Assembly: GCA_963768655.1 (NCBI GenBank)
Contig: CAVYIM010000004.1
Span: 640,001-704,000, forward strand
Direction: 5' to 3'
Length of the DNA: 64,000 nucleotides
Source: an uncultured Chloroflexia bacterium
Lineage (GTDB): Bacteria; Chloroflexota; Limnocylindria; Limnocylindrales; CSP1-4
Shown here: piece after piece, positions 49,592-58,993 of the stretch
Numbering within the stretch: the stretch's first letter is position 1
Layout of the letters: every line of letters begins with the position of its first letter
The notes under the pieces: model-generated
What the model was told of the DNA's origin: nothing
The model's input: the letters and a program-made list of their open reading frames with translations, nothing else
Databases searched by the model: none
Made by a program: the position numbers and the translations under genes

Positions 49592-52305
49592 GCCGGCACC
49601 TTCTGGCTTTCGAGATGGGCCGCGACCTGGGCTACCGCAGCGCCGGCGTGGACGATCGAGTCGGCGATGTCCTTGGCACCGGACGCCGTGCCGGCGACGA
49701 ACACCCCAGGGATGCTCGTGCGTCCGGGGTCGATGTCGTCGTACGACTCGGCGACGTAGTGGTATTCGTCGAGGGCGAGGTCGTCGCCGATGAAGAGCCG
49801 CTCGACCTCACGGTTCGGCTGAACGCCGACCGCCAGCACGACCAGGTCGTACTCGGCCTCGACCAGCGCCCCGCCATGCTCGATGTCCTCGTAGCGCAGG
49901 ATCAGGTTGCCGTCTTCCTTCTCTGTGATCTTCGCTACCCGACCCTTGACGTACGTCGCGCCCATCGACTTGGCGCTCTCGTAGAACTCGTCGTAGCGCT
50001 TGCCCGGCGCCCGAATGTCCATGTAGTGGACCGTGACTTCGGCGAGCGGTAGAGCGCCCATGATCAGCTGGTTCTGCTTGATGGAGTACATGCAGCAGAA
50101 CCGTGAGCACAGAGGGTTTCCGACGGTCTCGTCGCGCGAGCCGGTGCACAGAACGTAGGCGATCCGTTCCGGGATCTTCCCGTCGCCGGGCCGCAGCACG
50201 GTGTTGTACGGCCTCGTGGGAGCGAGCAGGCGGTCCATCTGCATGCCGGTGATCACGTTCTTGAATCGGCCATAGCCGTATTCGGGCTTCAGATCCGCCG
50301 CGAACAGCTTGTAGCCGGTGGCGACGACCACGGCGCCGACGCGGACCTCCTCGACCTTCTCCCGCATCTCGAGGTGGATGGCGTCGGACGGGCAGGCCAC
50401 GACGCACGCCCGGCATTCCGAGCAGACGCCGCAGTCCAGGCAGTCGCCCGCGCTGGCCCGGGCCTCGGCTTCGCAAAGGGGCGCTTCGATCTCGGCGAAG
50501 TCGCGCGGCGAGCGGGCACCGGCGCCGGGGCCAGCCCGGAGCGGCCCGCTGTGGTTGTCGTAGTGCGCCTGGCGGGCGATGACTTTCGACTTGTCGACCA
50601 GCGGCAGCAGGTCGTCCATTTCGAACCCGTCGAGCGGCTCGCCGCGCAGCCAGCGGTCGATCATGTGGGCCGCCCGCCGGCCCTGCCCGACGGCGCGGGT
50701 GATGTCCGAGGCGCCGGTCGTAACGTCGCCAGCGGCGAAGATGTGAGGAACGGCCGTCTGGAGAGTATGCGGATCGGCGGCGACAGCGCCGTTCGGAGTG
50801 GCGGCCACCTGAGCGCCGAAGGCCGCGCCTTCGGGCGCCATTCCGATCGCCACCAGCACCGTGTCGCAAGGGATGACGAACTCGCTGCCCCTGACGGGCT
50901 CGGGGCGGCGACGGCCCGAGGCATCGGGCTTGCCCAGAGCCGTGCGCTGGCAGCGGAGACCGGTGACCTTGCCCGCGGCATCGCCGAGGACCTCTACCGG
51001 GGCGACCTGGAATGCGAAGCGGACACCATCCTGCTCGGCGTCGTCGACCTCGGCCCTGTGGGCGGGCATCTCCCCGCGGCCGCGACGGTAGGCGATCGTG
51101 GTCTCGGCGGCGCCGAGGCGGACGGCCGTTCGGGCCGCGTCCATGGCGACATTGCCGCCGCCAACGACCACGACACGCTTCCCGGTAAGATCGCCGCCGG
51201 AGCCGAGCTTCGTCGCCCGCAGGAACCGCAGGCCGCCGACGATGCCGTCGAGTGTCTCGCCCGGCACGTTGAGGGCCGTGGAGAGCGGGGTGCCGGTCGC
51301 GACCAGGACGGCGTCGAAGCCTTCTCGACGGAGGGCTTCGAGGTCGCCGACCGGCGAATTGGTGGCGATCTCAACGCCGACGGCGGTGACGTTGGAGATG
51401 TCCTGCTCGACGACCTCGGGCGGGAGACGGTATGCCGGGATGGCCAGGCGCAGGAAGCCGCCGGCAACGGGCGCGGCCTCGAAGATCTTGACACCGTAGC
51501 CCCGGCGAGCCAGCTGCCAGGCGGCGGTCAGTCCCGCCGGGCCGGAACCCACGACGGCGACGCGCTTGCCGTTGCTCGGCGGGACTTCCACGCCGGGTCC
51601 GTCCGTCGCTTCGTAATGCCTGTCGGCCGCGAAGCGCTTCAGGCGCCGGATCGGAAGAGTTCCCTCGAGCGAGCCGCGCGTACACTCGCCCTCGCACGGG
51701 GCGTAGCAGGCGCGACCGAGCGTGCCGACGAGCGGCGTCGCCTCGAGCACGAGCTGGAACGCCTTCTCATACTCGCCGCTGCGGATCAGCGACACGTAGC
51801 CGTGGGCCTTGATTCCGGCGGGACAGCTGAAGGTGCACGGTGAGGTTCCGGCGCGCTCGAGGACGGCTTTCTTGGGCACTGCCTGCGGGAACGTGATGTA
51901 GGCAGCCCGGCGGGCGACCAGGTCGGCGTTGAACTGGTCTGGCACCGCGACCGTGCAGGCGGTTTCGCACAGCTGGCAGCCGGTGCAGGCCGCCTCATCG
52001 ACAAAACGTGGCTTCTGACGGATGGTTGCCCTGAAGGTGCCGTCGCCATCGCGAGTGATGCCGTCCACCTCGGTATAGGTGAGGGCGGTCACGTTCGGGT
52101 GGTGGATCGAGGCCGCCATCTTCGGCGTGGAGATGCAGCTGGCGCAGTCCAGGGTGGGGAAGACCTTGCTGAGCAGGATCATCCGCCCGCCCACGCTGGC
52201 CTCCTTCTCCACCAGCAGGACCTTGTAGCCCATGTCGCCGAGCTTGAGGGCGGACTCCATGCCGGCAATGCCGCTGCCGACGACGAGGGCGTCGTAGTCG
52301 GTCAT
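49588..52305 (-). CDS. HdrL-like protein: HdrA core with inserted GltD-like NAD(P)H oxidoreductase
   Basis: GSGIAG, FPTLDCASC, CTGCQLC; insert PCTFSCP, CYAPCEGEC, GSGPAG, GGGNVAMD, YRR; then CLDCGVCSECRAC, LCTGSR, CSRFCCMYSIK. Confidence 0.9.
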   Translation of the reverse strand: MTDYDALVVGSGIAGMESALKLGDMGYKVLLVEKEASVGGRMILLSKVFPTLDCASCISTPKMAASIHHPNVTALTYTEVDGITRDGDGTFRATIRQKPRFVDEAACTGCQLCETACTVAVPDQFNADLVARRAAYITFPQAVPKKAVLERAGTSPCTFSCPAGIKAHGYVSLIRSGEYEKAFQLVLEATPLVGTLGRACYAPCEGECTRGSLEGTLPIRRLKRFAADRHYEATDGPGVEVPPSNGKRVAVVGSGPAGLTAAWQLARRGYGVKIFEAAPVAGGFLRLAIPAYRLPPEVVEQDISNVTAVGVEIATNSPVGDLEALRREGFDAVLVATGTPLSTALNVPGETLDGIVGGLRFLRATKLGSGGDLTGKRVVVVGGGNVAMDAARTAVRLGAAETTIAYRRGRGEMPAHRAEVDDAEQDGVRFAFQVAPVEVLGDAAGKVTGLRCQRTALGKPDASGRRRPEPVRGSEFVIPCDTVLVAIGMAPEGAAFGAQVAATPNGAVAADPHTLQTAVPHIFAAGDVTTGASDITRAVGQGRRAAHMIDRWLRGEPLDGFEMDDLLPLVDKSKVIARQAHYDNHSGPLRAGPGAGARSPRDFAEIEAPLCEAEARASAGDCLDCGVCSECRACVVACPSDAIHLEMREKVEEVRVGAVVVATGYKLFAADLKPEYGYGRFKNVITGMQMDRLLAPTRPYNTVLRPGDGKIPERIAYVLCTGSRDETVGNPLCSRFCCMYSIKQNQLIMGALPLAEVTVHYMDIRAPGKRYDEFYESAKSMGATYVKGRVAKITEKEDGNLILRYEDIEHGGALVEAEYDLVVLAVGVQPNREVERLFIGDDLALDEYHYVAESYDDIDPGRTSIPGVFVAGTASGAKDIADSIVHAGAAVAQVAAHLESQKVPA

Positions 52306-52748
52306 GACTTCGCTCCGGCAGATCGGAGCGCAATCAAAGCTTCCGAGAACTGGTTCATGTGCCTGGCGAAGTTCTCGGCGCAGACCGAGCAGATGGCCGC
52401 CATCTTCAGCCGCTGCGGTGAGAGGCCCTCCGACTTCAGCAGCGTCTGTGCCTCGGCGACGATCCTCGACGCCCGCCTGGCGCAGTCGGGCAGGTAGGCG
52501 CACTCGTCCCCGTCCGAGGCGATGAAGACGCCCTCGAATCCCTGCTTGATGGCGTGAAGGATCCACGACGGACGGATGCCGCTGGTGCAGGGCACGCTGA
52601 TGACGCGTACCCCGGGCGAGTAGTGCAGGTGGGCGCTGCCGGCCAGGTCGATGCCCGGGTCGGAGATGTTGTTGGTGGAGAACACGAGAATCCGCGGTGC
52701 TGGCGCCGGGACCTTCTCGTCCACCGGGGCGGCGGCGAGCGCGGTCAT
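52302..52748 (-). CDS. mvhD: MvhD/FlpD-like iron-sulfur subunit (atypical Cys pattern)
   Basis: GIDLAG...VRVISVPCTSGI..WILHA..GFEGVFIA..ECAY, RLKM; position in hdr operon. Confidence 0.8.
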   Translation of the reverse strand: MTALAAAPVDEKVPAPAPRILVFSTNNISDPGIDLAGSAHLHYSPGVRVISVPCTSGIRPSWILHAIKQGFEGVFIASDGDECAYLPDCARRASRIVAEAQTLLKSEGLSPQRLKMAAICSVCAENFARHMNQFSEALIALRSAGAKS

Positions 52749-52821
52749 CGATCCAATGCTCCTGCGTGGGTTTGAGAAGGCCGAGCCGAAGGGGCGGCCT
52801 GCCGATCGAGAGCCCGGTCGA

Positions 52822-53085
52822 CTACTTGCCGCGCCGAATGAAGACGCGGTCGTAGCCGTCAGCCTCGATGACACCGAGAAATTCGTGGCCTACCTTGTCT
52901 GCCCATGCGCCCATGTCCGTCTTGGTGACGGGGTCGCTAGACCAGACCTCGATGACGTCGCCCACGGCGACCTTGCCCATGCCCTTCTTGGCCTCGAGGA
53001 GCGGGCCCGGGCATGCGGAACCGCGGGCGTCGATGATCTCGGCGGCTGATATCGTTTCGAGCTCGGCTACGTTCAGGGCGCTCAT
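52822..53085 (-). CDS. tusA: Sulfurtransferase TusA family
   Basis: IDARGSACPGP, SSDP..W..KVGHEF. Confidence 0.92.
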   Translation of the reverse strand: MSALNVAELETISAAEIIDARGSACPGPLLEAKKGMGKVAVGDVIEVWSSDPVTKTDMGAWADKVGHEFLGVIEADGYDRVFIRRGK

Positions 53086-53108
53086 GGCTCTCTCCGTATG
53101 TGGGTGGA

Positions 53109-53474
53109 CTAGTAGGTCAGGGCGTTGGTGGCCGAGGTCAGCTCGGCGACGAACCGCGCGGCGGCCACGACCTCCGCGTTCTCGACCAGCTGAGTGGCCG
53201 TGTCGATCTGGCGCGACTTGACGCACGGTCCGCAGATGAGGATCTTGCCGCCCAGCTCGCGGTAGTCGTTCATGAGCTTGGCAAGCGGCGGGAACCCCTC
53301 GGCCGCGACCGAGTCGGCGCGTCCCTTGACCGCGATCTCTACACCATCTGCCTGGAGCCCGATGACCGCTTCGACATCCGAGACCAGGGCGGCGACTGCC
53401 ATCACGAAGGGGATCGTGACGTGCTCGGGATGATCCGGACCGTGCGTGACCATGAAGAGCAGCTTTTCGGACAT
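53109..53474 (-). CDS. DsrE family protein
   Basis: THGPDHPE..IPF, LQADGV, ICGPCVKSR. Confidence 0.88.
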   Translation of the reverse strand: MSEKLLFMVTHGPDHPEHVTIPFVMAVAALVSDVEAVIGLQADGVEIAVKGRADSVAAEGFPPLAKLMNDYRELGGKILICGPCVKSRQIDTATQLVENAEVVAAARFVAELTSATNALTY

Positions 53475-53516
53475 CGGTTCTCATTGCCTCCAATGGGTGA
53501 CGATACGATCGGGTGG

Positions 53517-53891
53517 TCAGAGCGTGGGTTCGATTGCCTCGGGGGTCGCCTGCGTCGAGCTCTCGAATGAAGCGGCCAGATCGCCGAGCCGGGCGATCCG
53601 CCGGATGAGCACCTGCCGCATCAGCCCGCACGCGGCCACGATCTCGGGATCGGCGAGCCGGTATCGGACCTCGCGGCCGTCTCGCACGGCTTCAACGATG
53701 CCGACGCCACGAAGAGCTGCGAGGTGCTGGGAGATGGCTGGCTGCGGCATGCCGAAGTGTTCGGCGAGCTTGCGGACCTCGACCGGGCCCGCCTCGCCCA
53801 GATAGTGGACGAGCTCCAACCGCCGTGGGCTGGCCAGCGTCTTTAGGAGGGTGGCCTGCAGGGCGTATATGCCGTCGGCCGGTCGCAACAT
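53517..53891 (-). CDS. ArsR/SmtB family regulator
   Basis: LASPRRLEL, QPAISQHLA, RDGREVRYRL, VAACG. Confidence 0.92.
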   Translation of the reverse strand: MLRPADGIYALQATLLKTLASPRRLELVHYLGEAGPVEVRKLAEHFGMPQPAISQHLAALRGVGIVEAVRDGREVRYRLADPEIVAACGLMRQVLIRRIARLGDLAASFESSTQATPEAIEPTL

Positions 53892-54135
53892 CGTCAGTCC
53901 TCTCGCTTTCAGTTCGCAGACCGGAGCCTCGCTCGCCTTCGCCCGATCAGGACGGGCCCGGCATCACGATGATCTCCAGGCGAGCATGTATGCGTGATCC
54001 ATGAATAGATCTTGCGATTGCATATGACTACATGCCGAATGTCACGTCCCTGTCGTCCTTCGGCCCAAACTCGCCGGAACGCAAGCGAGCGGCTGGCTGC
54101 CGGGCGTTTCGAGGCGCCCGCCCTACAATCGCGCT

Positions 54136-55506
54136 ATGAACTTCTCTGATCGCACGGGTCGGACCGGCGCCTCCACGGGACGGGTCTTCCAGAGAGTCAT
54201 CGGGCGCGAGCTGCCGGTCGCGGTGCGGGCGGAAGACTGCACCATCTGGGACGCGCAAGGTCGGGCCTATCTGGACGCGGCGGGCGGCGCGATCGTCGTG
54301 AACGTGGGCCACGGGCGACAGTCGATCGTGGATGCGATGGAGCGACAGGCGCGGGCATTCACGTACGTCCACGGCACGACCTTCACGACCGAGCCGCTCG
54401 AAACGTACGCCCGAGCGGTGGGCCGCTACCTGCCCGTGGACGATCCGGCGATCTACCCGGTAAGCGGCGGCTCGGAGGCGATCGAGAGCTGCTTGAAGCT
54501 GGTTCGGGCCTATCACCTGGCCCGGCGCGAGCCCGACCGGACCGTCGTCATCGCCCGGTGGGGGAGCTACCACGGCAACTCGATGGGCGCGCTGGATCTC
54601 TCGGGTCGCGAGCCGCTGCGCCGCCCCTACGAACCGTGGCTGGGGCGCTTCCGCCACGTCAGCGCCGCGTATCCCTATCGCGCGGGAGAAACCGCCGCGC
54701 ATGCCCTGGGCGACACGGCCGCTCTCGTCGCCGAGCTGGAGTCGGCCATCGCAGAAGCGGGGCCCGGCAGGGTCGCGGCGTTCGTAGCCGAACCCATCGT
54801 CGGCGCCACGCTTGGCGCCGTGGCCCCGCCCGACGACTACTGGCCGGCGATCGCGGAGGTCTGCCGCCGCCACGGCGTGGTGCTCGTCGCCGACGAAGTG
54901 ATGACCGGCTTCGGGCGGACGGGGCGCTGGTTCGGGATGGATCACTGGGGCGTGCGGGCCGACGTGATGGCGGCGGCAAAGGGCGTGGCCGGCGGCTACT
55001 TCCCACTGGGCCTGGCCGTGGCGAGCGGCAACGTCTACGAGACGATCACGGCGGGCAGCGGCTTCGTCCACGGGTTCACGTACAGCCACTCCCCGGTGGG
55101 GGCGGCCGTGGCCCTCGAGGTGCTTCGGATCCTGGAAACGGAGAAGCTCGTCGAGGCCAGCGCCGCCAGGGGCGAGCGGCTGCTCGCGCTCGTCGGCGAG
55201 CGGCTCGGCGGCCATCCCAACGTCGGCGAGGTCCGCGGTCGCGGGTTGCTGGTGGGCGTGGAGCTCGTCGCCGACCGCGCCACGCGGCGCCCCTTCCCGC
55301 GGGCCGCGAAGCTGATCGAAAGCGTCATGGCCGGCGCCGCCGAGAAGGGCTTGCTGCTATACCACGGCACGGGCAACGCGGACGGCACGAACGGCGACAC
55401 CGTGCTGCTGGGGCCGCCGTTCGTCGTCACCGACAAGGAGCTGGAGACGATCGCCGACCGCCTCGGCGAGGCGGTCGAGCGAGCCGCCGCCGGCGTTTCG
55501 GCGTAG
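54136..55506 (+). CDS. Class III PLP aminotransferase
   Basis: SGGSEAIE, SYHGNS, EPIVGA, DEVMTGFGRTG, AAKG, HGFTYS. Confidence 0.93.
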   Translation: MNFSDRTGRTGASTGRVFQRVIGRELPVAVRAEDCTIWDAQGRAYLDAAGGAIVVNVGHGRQSIVDAMERQARAFTYVHGTTFTTEPLETYARAVGRYLPVDDPAIYPVSGGSEAIESCLKLVRAYHLARREPDRTVVIARWGSYHGNSMGALDLSGREPLRRPYEPWLGRFRHVSAAYPYRAGETAAHALGDTAALVAELESAIAEAGPGRVAAFVAEPIVGATLGAVAPPDDYWPAIAEVCRRHGVVLVADEVMTGFGRTGRWFGMDHWGVRADVMAAAKGVAGGYFPLGLAVASGNVYETITAGSGFVHGFTYSHSPVGAAVALEVLRILETEKLVEASAARGERLLALVGERLGGHPNVGEVRGRGLLVGVELVADRATRRPFPRAAKLIESVMAGAAEKGLLLYHGTGNADGTNGDTVLLGPPFVVTDKELETIADRLGEAVERAAAGVSA

Positions 55507-55548
55507 CCGCCGCACCCGCGTCGACCCGGCCGCCGCCGGCGTTTCGGT

Positions 55549-57963
55549 TCAGCCGGCCGCCGACTCGGGCGTCGGCCGTGCCAGCCGGCCGCTTCGACCG
55601 CCTTCGTCTCGGAGCCCAGGCTCCAGTCCCGATCCAGGCTCCCGCGTGTCGCATTCGTACTCGGTCGCTACGTGGCTGAAGCCGAGCCGGCTCGAGAGAG
55701 CTGACACCTGCGACGGCGCCCACCAGGCCCAGCGGCCGAGCAGCCGCATCGTCGCGGGCACCAGCAGGGCCCGGATGACCGTGGCGTCGATCAGGACGGC
55801 GATCGCCATCCCGACGCCGAGGCTCTTGATGATGATCAGGTCGCCGGTCCCGAAGGCGGCGAACACCGACACCATGATCAGCGCGGCGCCCGTGATCACC
55901 CGGCCGGTTCTGGCGAGCCCGTCCGCGACCGCTCGGGTGGTGTCGCCGTCACGTCGGTATGCCTCCTGGATACGCGACAGCAACAGGACCTCGTAGTCCA
56001 TCGACAGCCCGAATATGACGCTGAACATCAGGACCGGAACGATGGCCACGGTGAACCCGGGGGACGAGAAGCCGAGCGGGCCGGCGAGATTGCCGTCCTG
56101 GAATATCCAGACCAGCGCTCCGAAGCTTGCGGTCAGCGACAGCAGCGTCATCACGACCGCCTTGAGCGGCAGAACCACCGACCCGAACTGGAGCAGCAGC
56201 ATGACGGCCATGGCCGCCAGGATGAATACAACGGCGCCCGGCAGCTCCTGGTTCTGAGCCGTCAAGAAGTCGAGCGCGGCGGCGTCGGAGCCGCCCACCG
56301 CGACCTGCAGCCCGGGTCCCGTGTTCAGTCCACGGATCGTCTGCACGAGCGCCTGAGCGCCGGTGGAGCCCGCGAGCGGGCTGATGACCTGGAGATGAAC
56401 GGTCGATCCATGCACGTCCGCGGCGATCAGAGCATTCAGCGCGGCAGGACGCGAGCCCGCCGGGGACGAAAGAACGGCTGCGGCCGTCGAAGACGGCATC
56501 GGCCGGCCCGACGAGTCGGTCAGCGAAAAGGGACCGTCCACCTGGGTGACGCCCGCCAGGCCGCCCAGTCGCGCCGAGTAGTCGGTCAGCGAGGCGGCGT
56601 TCGAGGCTGTCAGCGGGTTGCCCGGTACCGTGACGAGAACATCGATCGGGCTGGTCTCGCCCGCCGGGAAGTCGGTTTCGATGGTGTCCCAGGCCTGGCG
56701 TGCCTGGTTGCTGACGGGTAGGACACTCGCGCCGGGCAGGCCCCCTCGTTCGCCCAGGAACGGCAGGCCGAAGGCGAGCAGCAGGGCCAGGATCGGCGCC
56801 AGAACGGCCACCGGCCGGCGCATCACCGCGGACGCGATTCGCTCCCACAGTCCGGCGCGGGCAGTCGAGCCCGCCGTCGAGCCGGCGGCAGCGGCGGCTG
56901 CGGCGGCACTCGAACGCCGGAGCGTCAGGACGGCGGGAACTCGGATTCGCAAGCGCTCGACGCGCGGTCCGAGCATGCCCAGCACGGCCGGCAGGAAGGT
57001 CAGCGCGTATACCACCGAGCAGATTGCGATCAACGCGCCGCCGATGCCCATCGAGCTGAGCGTCGGCGCTCGAAACAGCAGCAGGCCGGAGAGGCCGATG
57101 GCTACGGCAGTTCCTGAGAAGGCGACGGCCTTTCCGCTCGTCGCCACCGCCTTCTCGACGGCCTCCTGTACGGAGGCGCCGCAGGCCATCTCCTCCCGGA
57201 AGCGGCTGACCATGAAGAGCGAGTAGTCGATCGCCAGGGCCAGGCCCAGCATCGTCACCACGCTCGTGACGAAGATGCTCATGGTCAGTCGCTGGGCCAC
57301 GACCCAGACCAGGGCCAGCGTGGTCGGGATCGTCAGGCCGGCGACGAAGAGCGGCAGTCCGGCCGCAACGAGCGAGCCGAACACGAGCATCAGTATGAGG
57401 AGCGCGACCGGCAGCGATATCGTCTCGGCCTGGGCCAGGTCCTTCTCGGACTGGGCGGACATGGCCGCGCTCAGCGGCGCGGCACCGGTCAGGGCGACGT
57501 CAAAGCCCGGAGGTGTTGATATCTCGGCCTGGATGCTGTCCACGGCGGAGATGGCAGCGTCGGCGCTCATGTTCAGATTGACGAGTACCCAGCTGGCGTC
57601 GCCGGTCGTGCCGATGAAGCGCGGGTCGGCGGTCTGGGCGTAGCCGACGATCGAGGCCACGCGCGGGTCTGAGCCCAGGCGGGCGAGCGCCTGCGTGATC
57701 TCACCCTGGAAGGCCGGGCTCGCCGCATCGTTCCGGCCGGGCGCCTCGAATAGCACCACCATCGAGCTGCCGCCCTGTCCGAAGTCGCTGACCAGCCGCT
57801 GCGCGACCTGCTGTGATTCGGAGCTCGGGTCGTACCAGCCGCCGGTCGTCAGGACCGAAGAGACCCGAGAAGCGAAGGCGAGCGACAGCACAGCGACGGC
57901 GACCGCCAGTCCGGCGACAAGGCGTCGATGCCGATAGACGAAGCGCCCCCAACGAGGAAACAT
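55549..57963 (-). CDS. MMPL/RND-family transporter
   Basis: GLALAIDYSLFMVSRFREE, GLSMDYEVLLLSRIQE, DATVIRALLVPA..LLGRWAWW. Confidence 0.94.
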   Translation of the reverse strand: MFPRWGRFVYRHRRLVAGLAVAVAVLSLAFASRVSSVLTTGGWYDPSSESQQVAQRLVSDFGQGGSSMVVLFEAPGRNDAASPAFQGEITQALARLGSDPRVASIVGYAQTADPRFIGTTGDASWVLVNLNMSADAAISAVDSIQAEISTPPGFDVALTGAAPLSAAMSAQSEKDLAQAETISLPVALLILMLVFGSLVAAGLPLFVAGLTIPTTLALVWVVAQRLTMSIFVTSVVTMLGLALAIDYSLFMVSRFREEMACGASVQEAVEKAVATSGKAVAFSGTAVAIGLSGLLLFRAPTLSSMGIGGALIAICSVVYALTFLPAVLGMLGPRVERLRIRVPAVLTLRRSSAAAAAAAAGSTAGSTARAGLWERIASAVMRRPVAVLAPILALLLAFGLPFLGERGGLPGASVLPVSNQARQAWDTIETDFPAGETSPIDVLVTVPGNPLTASNAASLTDYSARLGGLAGVTQVDGPFSLTDSSGRPMPSSTAAAVLSSPAGSRPAALNALIAADVHGSTVHLQVISPLAGSTGAQALVQTIRGLNTGPGLQVAVGGSDAAALDFLTAQNQELPGAVVFILAAMAVMLLLQFGSVVLPLKAVVMTLLSLTASFGALVWIFQDGNLAGPLGFSSPGFTVAIVPVLMFSVIFGLSMDYEVLLLSRIQEAYRRDGDTTRAVADGLARTGRVITGAALIMVSVFAAFGTGDLIIIKSLGVGMAIAVLIDATVIRALLVPATMRLLGRWAWWAPSQVSALSSRLGFSHVATEYECDTREPGSGLEPGLRDEGGRSGRLARPTPESAAG

Positions 57964-58072
57964 GACCGTCCCTTTCGTGAACTGAGGGCGCGCCGGAGAC
58001 TGATTCCCCAGCTGACCCTGTGCGCGATGGACGGTCGGCCGACCGGCGCCGGAGTCCCCTCCGACGTCAAGA

Positions 58073-58102
58073 AGAATAGGGATTCTCTATTCTCTTTGTC
58101 AA
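58073..58102 (-). promoter_or_regulatory. Sigma70-type promoter for mmpL overlapped by probable TetR operator
   Basis: Minus strand TTGACA (58102-58097)-18 bp-TATTCT (58078-58073); inverted repeat AGAATAG-N7-CTATTCT (58073-58093). Confidence 0.7.
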
Positions 58103-58186
58103 CTACCCGTCTCGCGGGACGGCTCCGTTTGAATTGCCCGGCGGTCGGGATATGATGGGGAACGGCGATTCCCTTTGTGGTGAGGC

Positions 58187-58843
58187 ATGCCTCGAGTCAC
58201 TGCGGAGCACGAACAAGCGGTCCGGGCCCGGATAGTCGATGCCGCGATCAACGTCTTCGGCGAGCTGGGTTACGAGCGGGCGAGCGTCCAGGATGTGGTC
58301 CGGGAGAGTGGCCTGTCCGTCGGCGCCGTCTACACCCACTTCCGGAGCAAGGAGGAGCTCTTCCTCGTTGCCTGCGCTTGCGAGGCGGAGACGGAAGCTT
58401 CGACGCTGAAACTGCGACTGGCCGAGCTCGGGTCGCTTCCGGATCGCCTGCGCGTGGCCGTCGACTGGGCCATCCAGTCGGTGGTCGTCGGCGGCACCCT
58501 CAAGAGCGCCCTCGCGCACGCCTGGCCCCTGGCCCAATCGTCGTCCGATCTGCGCGAGATCCTTCGCGCGCGCCGGGCCGCGCTGGTCGGCTTTGCCGCG
58601 TCCATCCTGGGGGAAGCCCGCGATCGTGGCGAACTGCCGGTCTGGATCGACGTGGACGCAGTGGCATCGGCCTGGGTCACGCTGGTGGATGGGTTTGCGG
58701 TGCGCGGGGCTGAAGATGGCGGGCTCTCGCCCGAGGAAGCGCGGCGGGAGGCGTATTCGTTGCTCGAGCTACTGCTCGCGGCGCCCGCAGCCATGCCGGC
58801 GGCTGTCGACAGGGTGCGCCGGGCCGCGTCTGAGCCTGCCTGA
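58187..58843 (+). CDS. TetR/AcrR family regulator
   Basis: GYERASVQDVVRESGLSVGAVYTHFRSKEEL; divergent from mmpL. Confidence 0.93.
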   Translation: MPRVTAEHEQAVRARIVDAAINVFGELGYERASVQDVVRESGLSVGAVYTHFRSKEELFLVACACEAETEASTLKLRLAELGSLPDRLRVAVDWAIQSVVVGGTLKSALAHAWPLAQSSSDLREILRARRAALVGFAASILGEARDRGELPVWIDVDAVASAWVTLVDGFAVRGAEDGGLSPEEARREAYSLLELLLAAPAAMPAAVDRVRRAASEPA

Positions 58844-58993
58844 TCCCGGCCTTCAGTCGATTCGACGCGCCCATTCGGAAAGTTCCGCAGTGCCTGCCGG
58901 CCACTAGGTCACCGTTCCTACGCCGTCCAGCGCAGCCGAGAATCGCCCATGTGAGTGATGTCAACGGGCAGTGTGAACCCGTAGGGTTCATCC

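Noticed and set aside
46441-52748. Selenocysteine recoding in HdrA or MvhD
   Set aside because: Reading frames are open with Cys at PTLDCASC; no in-frame TGA needs read-through
46441-53891. Evidence of methanogenesis or dissimilatory sulfate reduction
   Set aside because: No hdrB, mcr, apr, sat or dsrAB in the window; HdrA-family and DsrE genes alone do not imply these pathways
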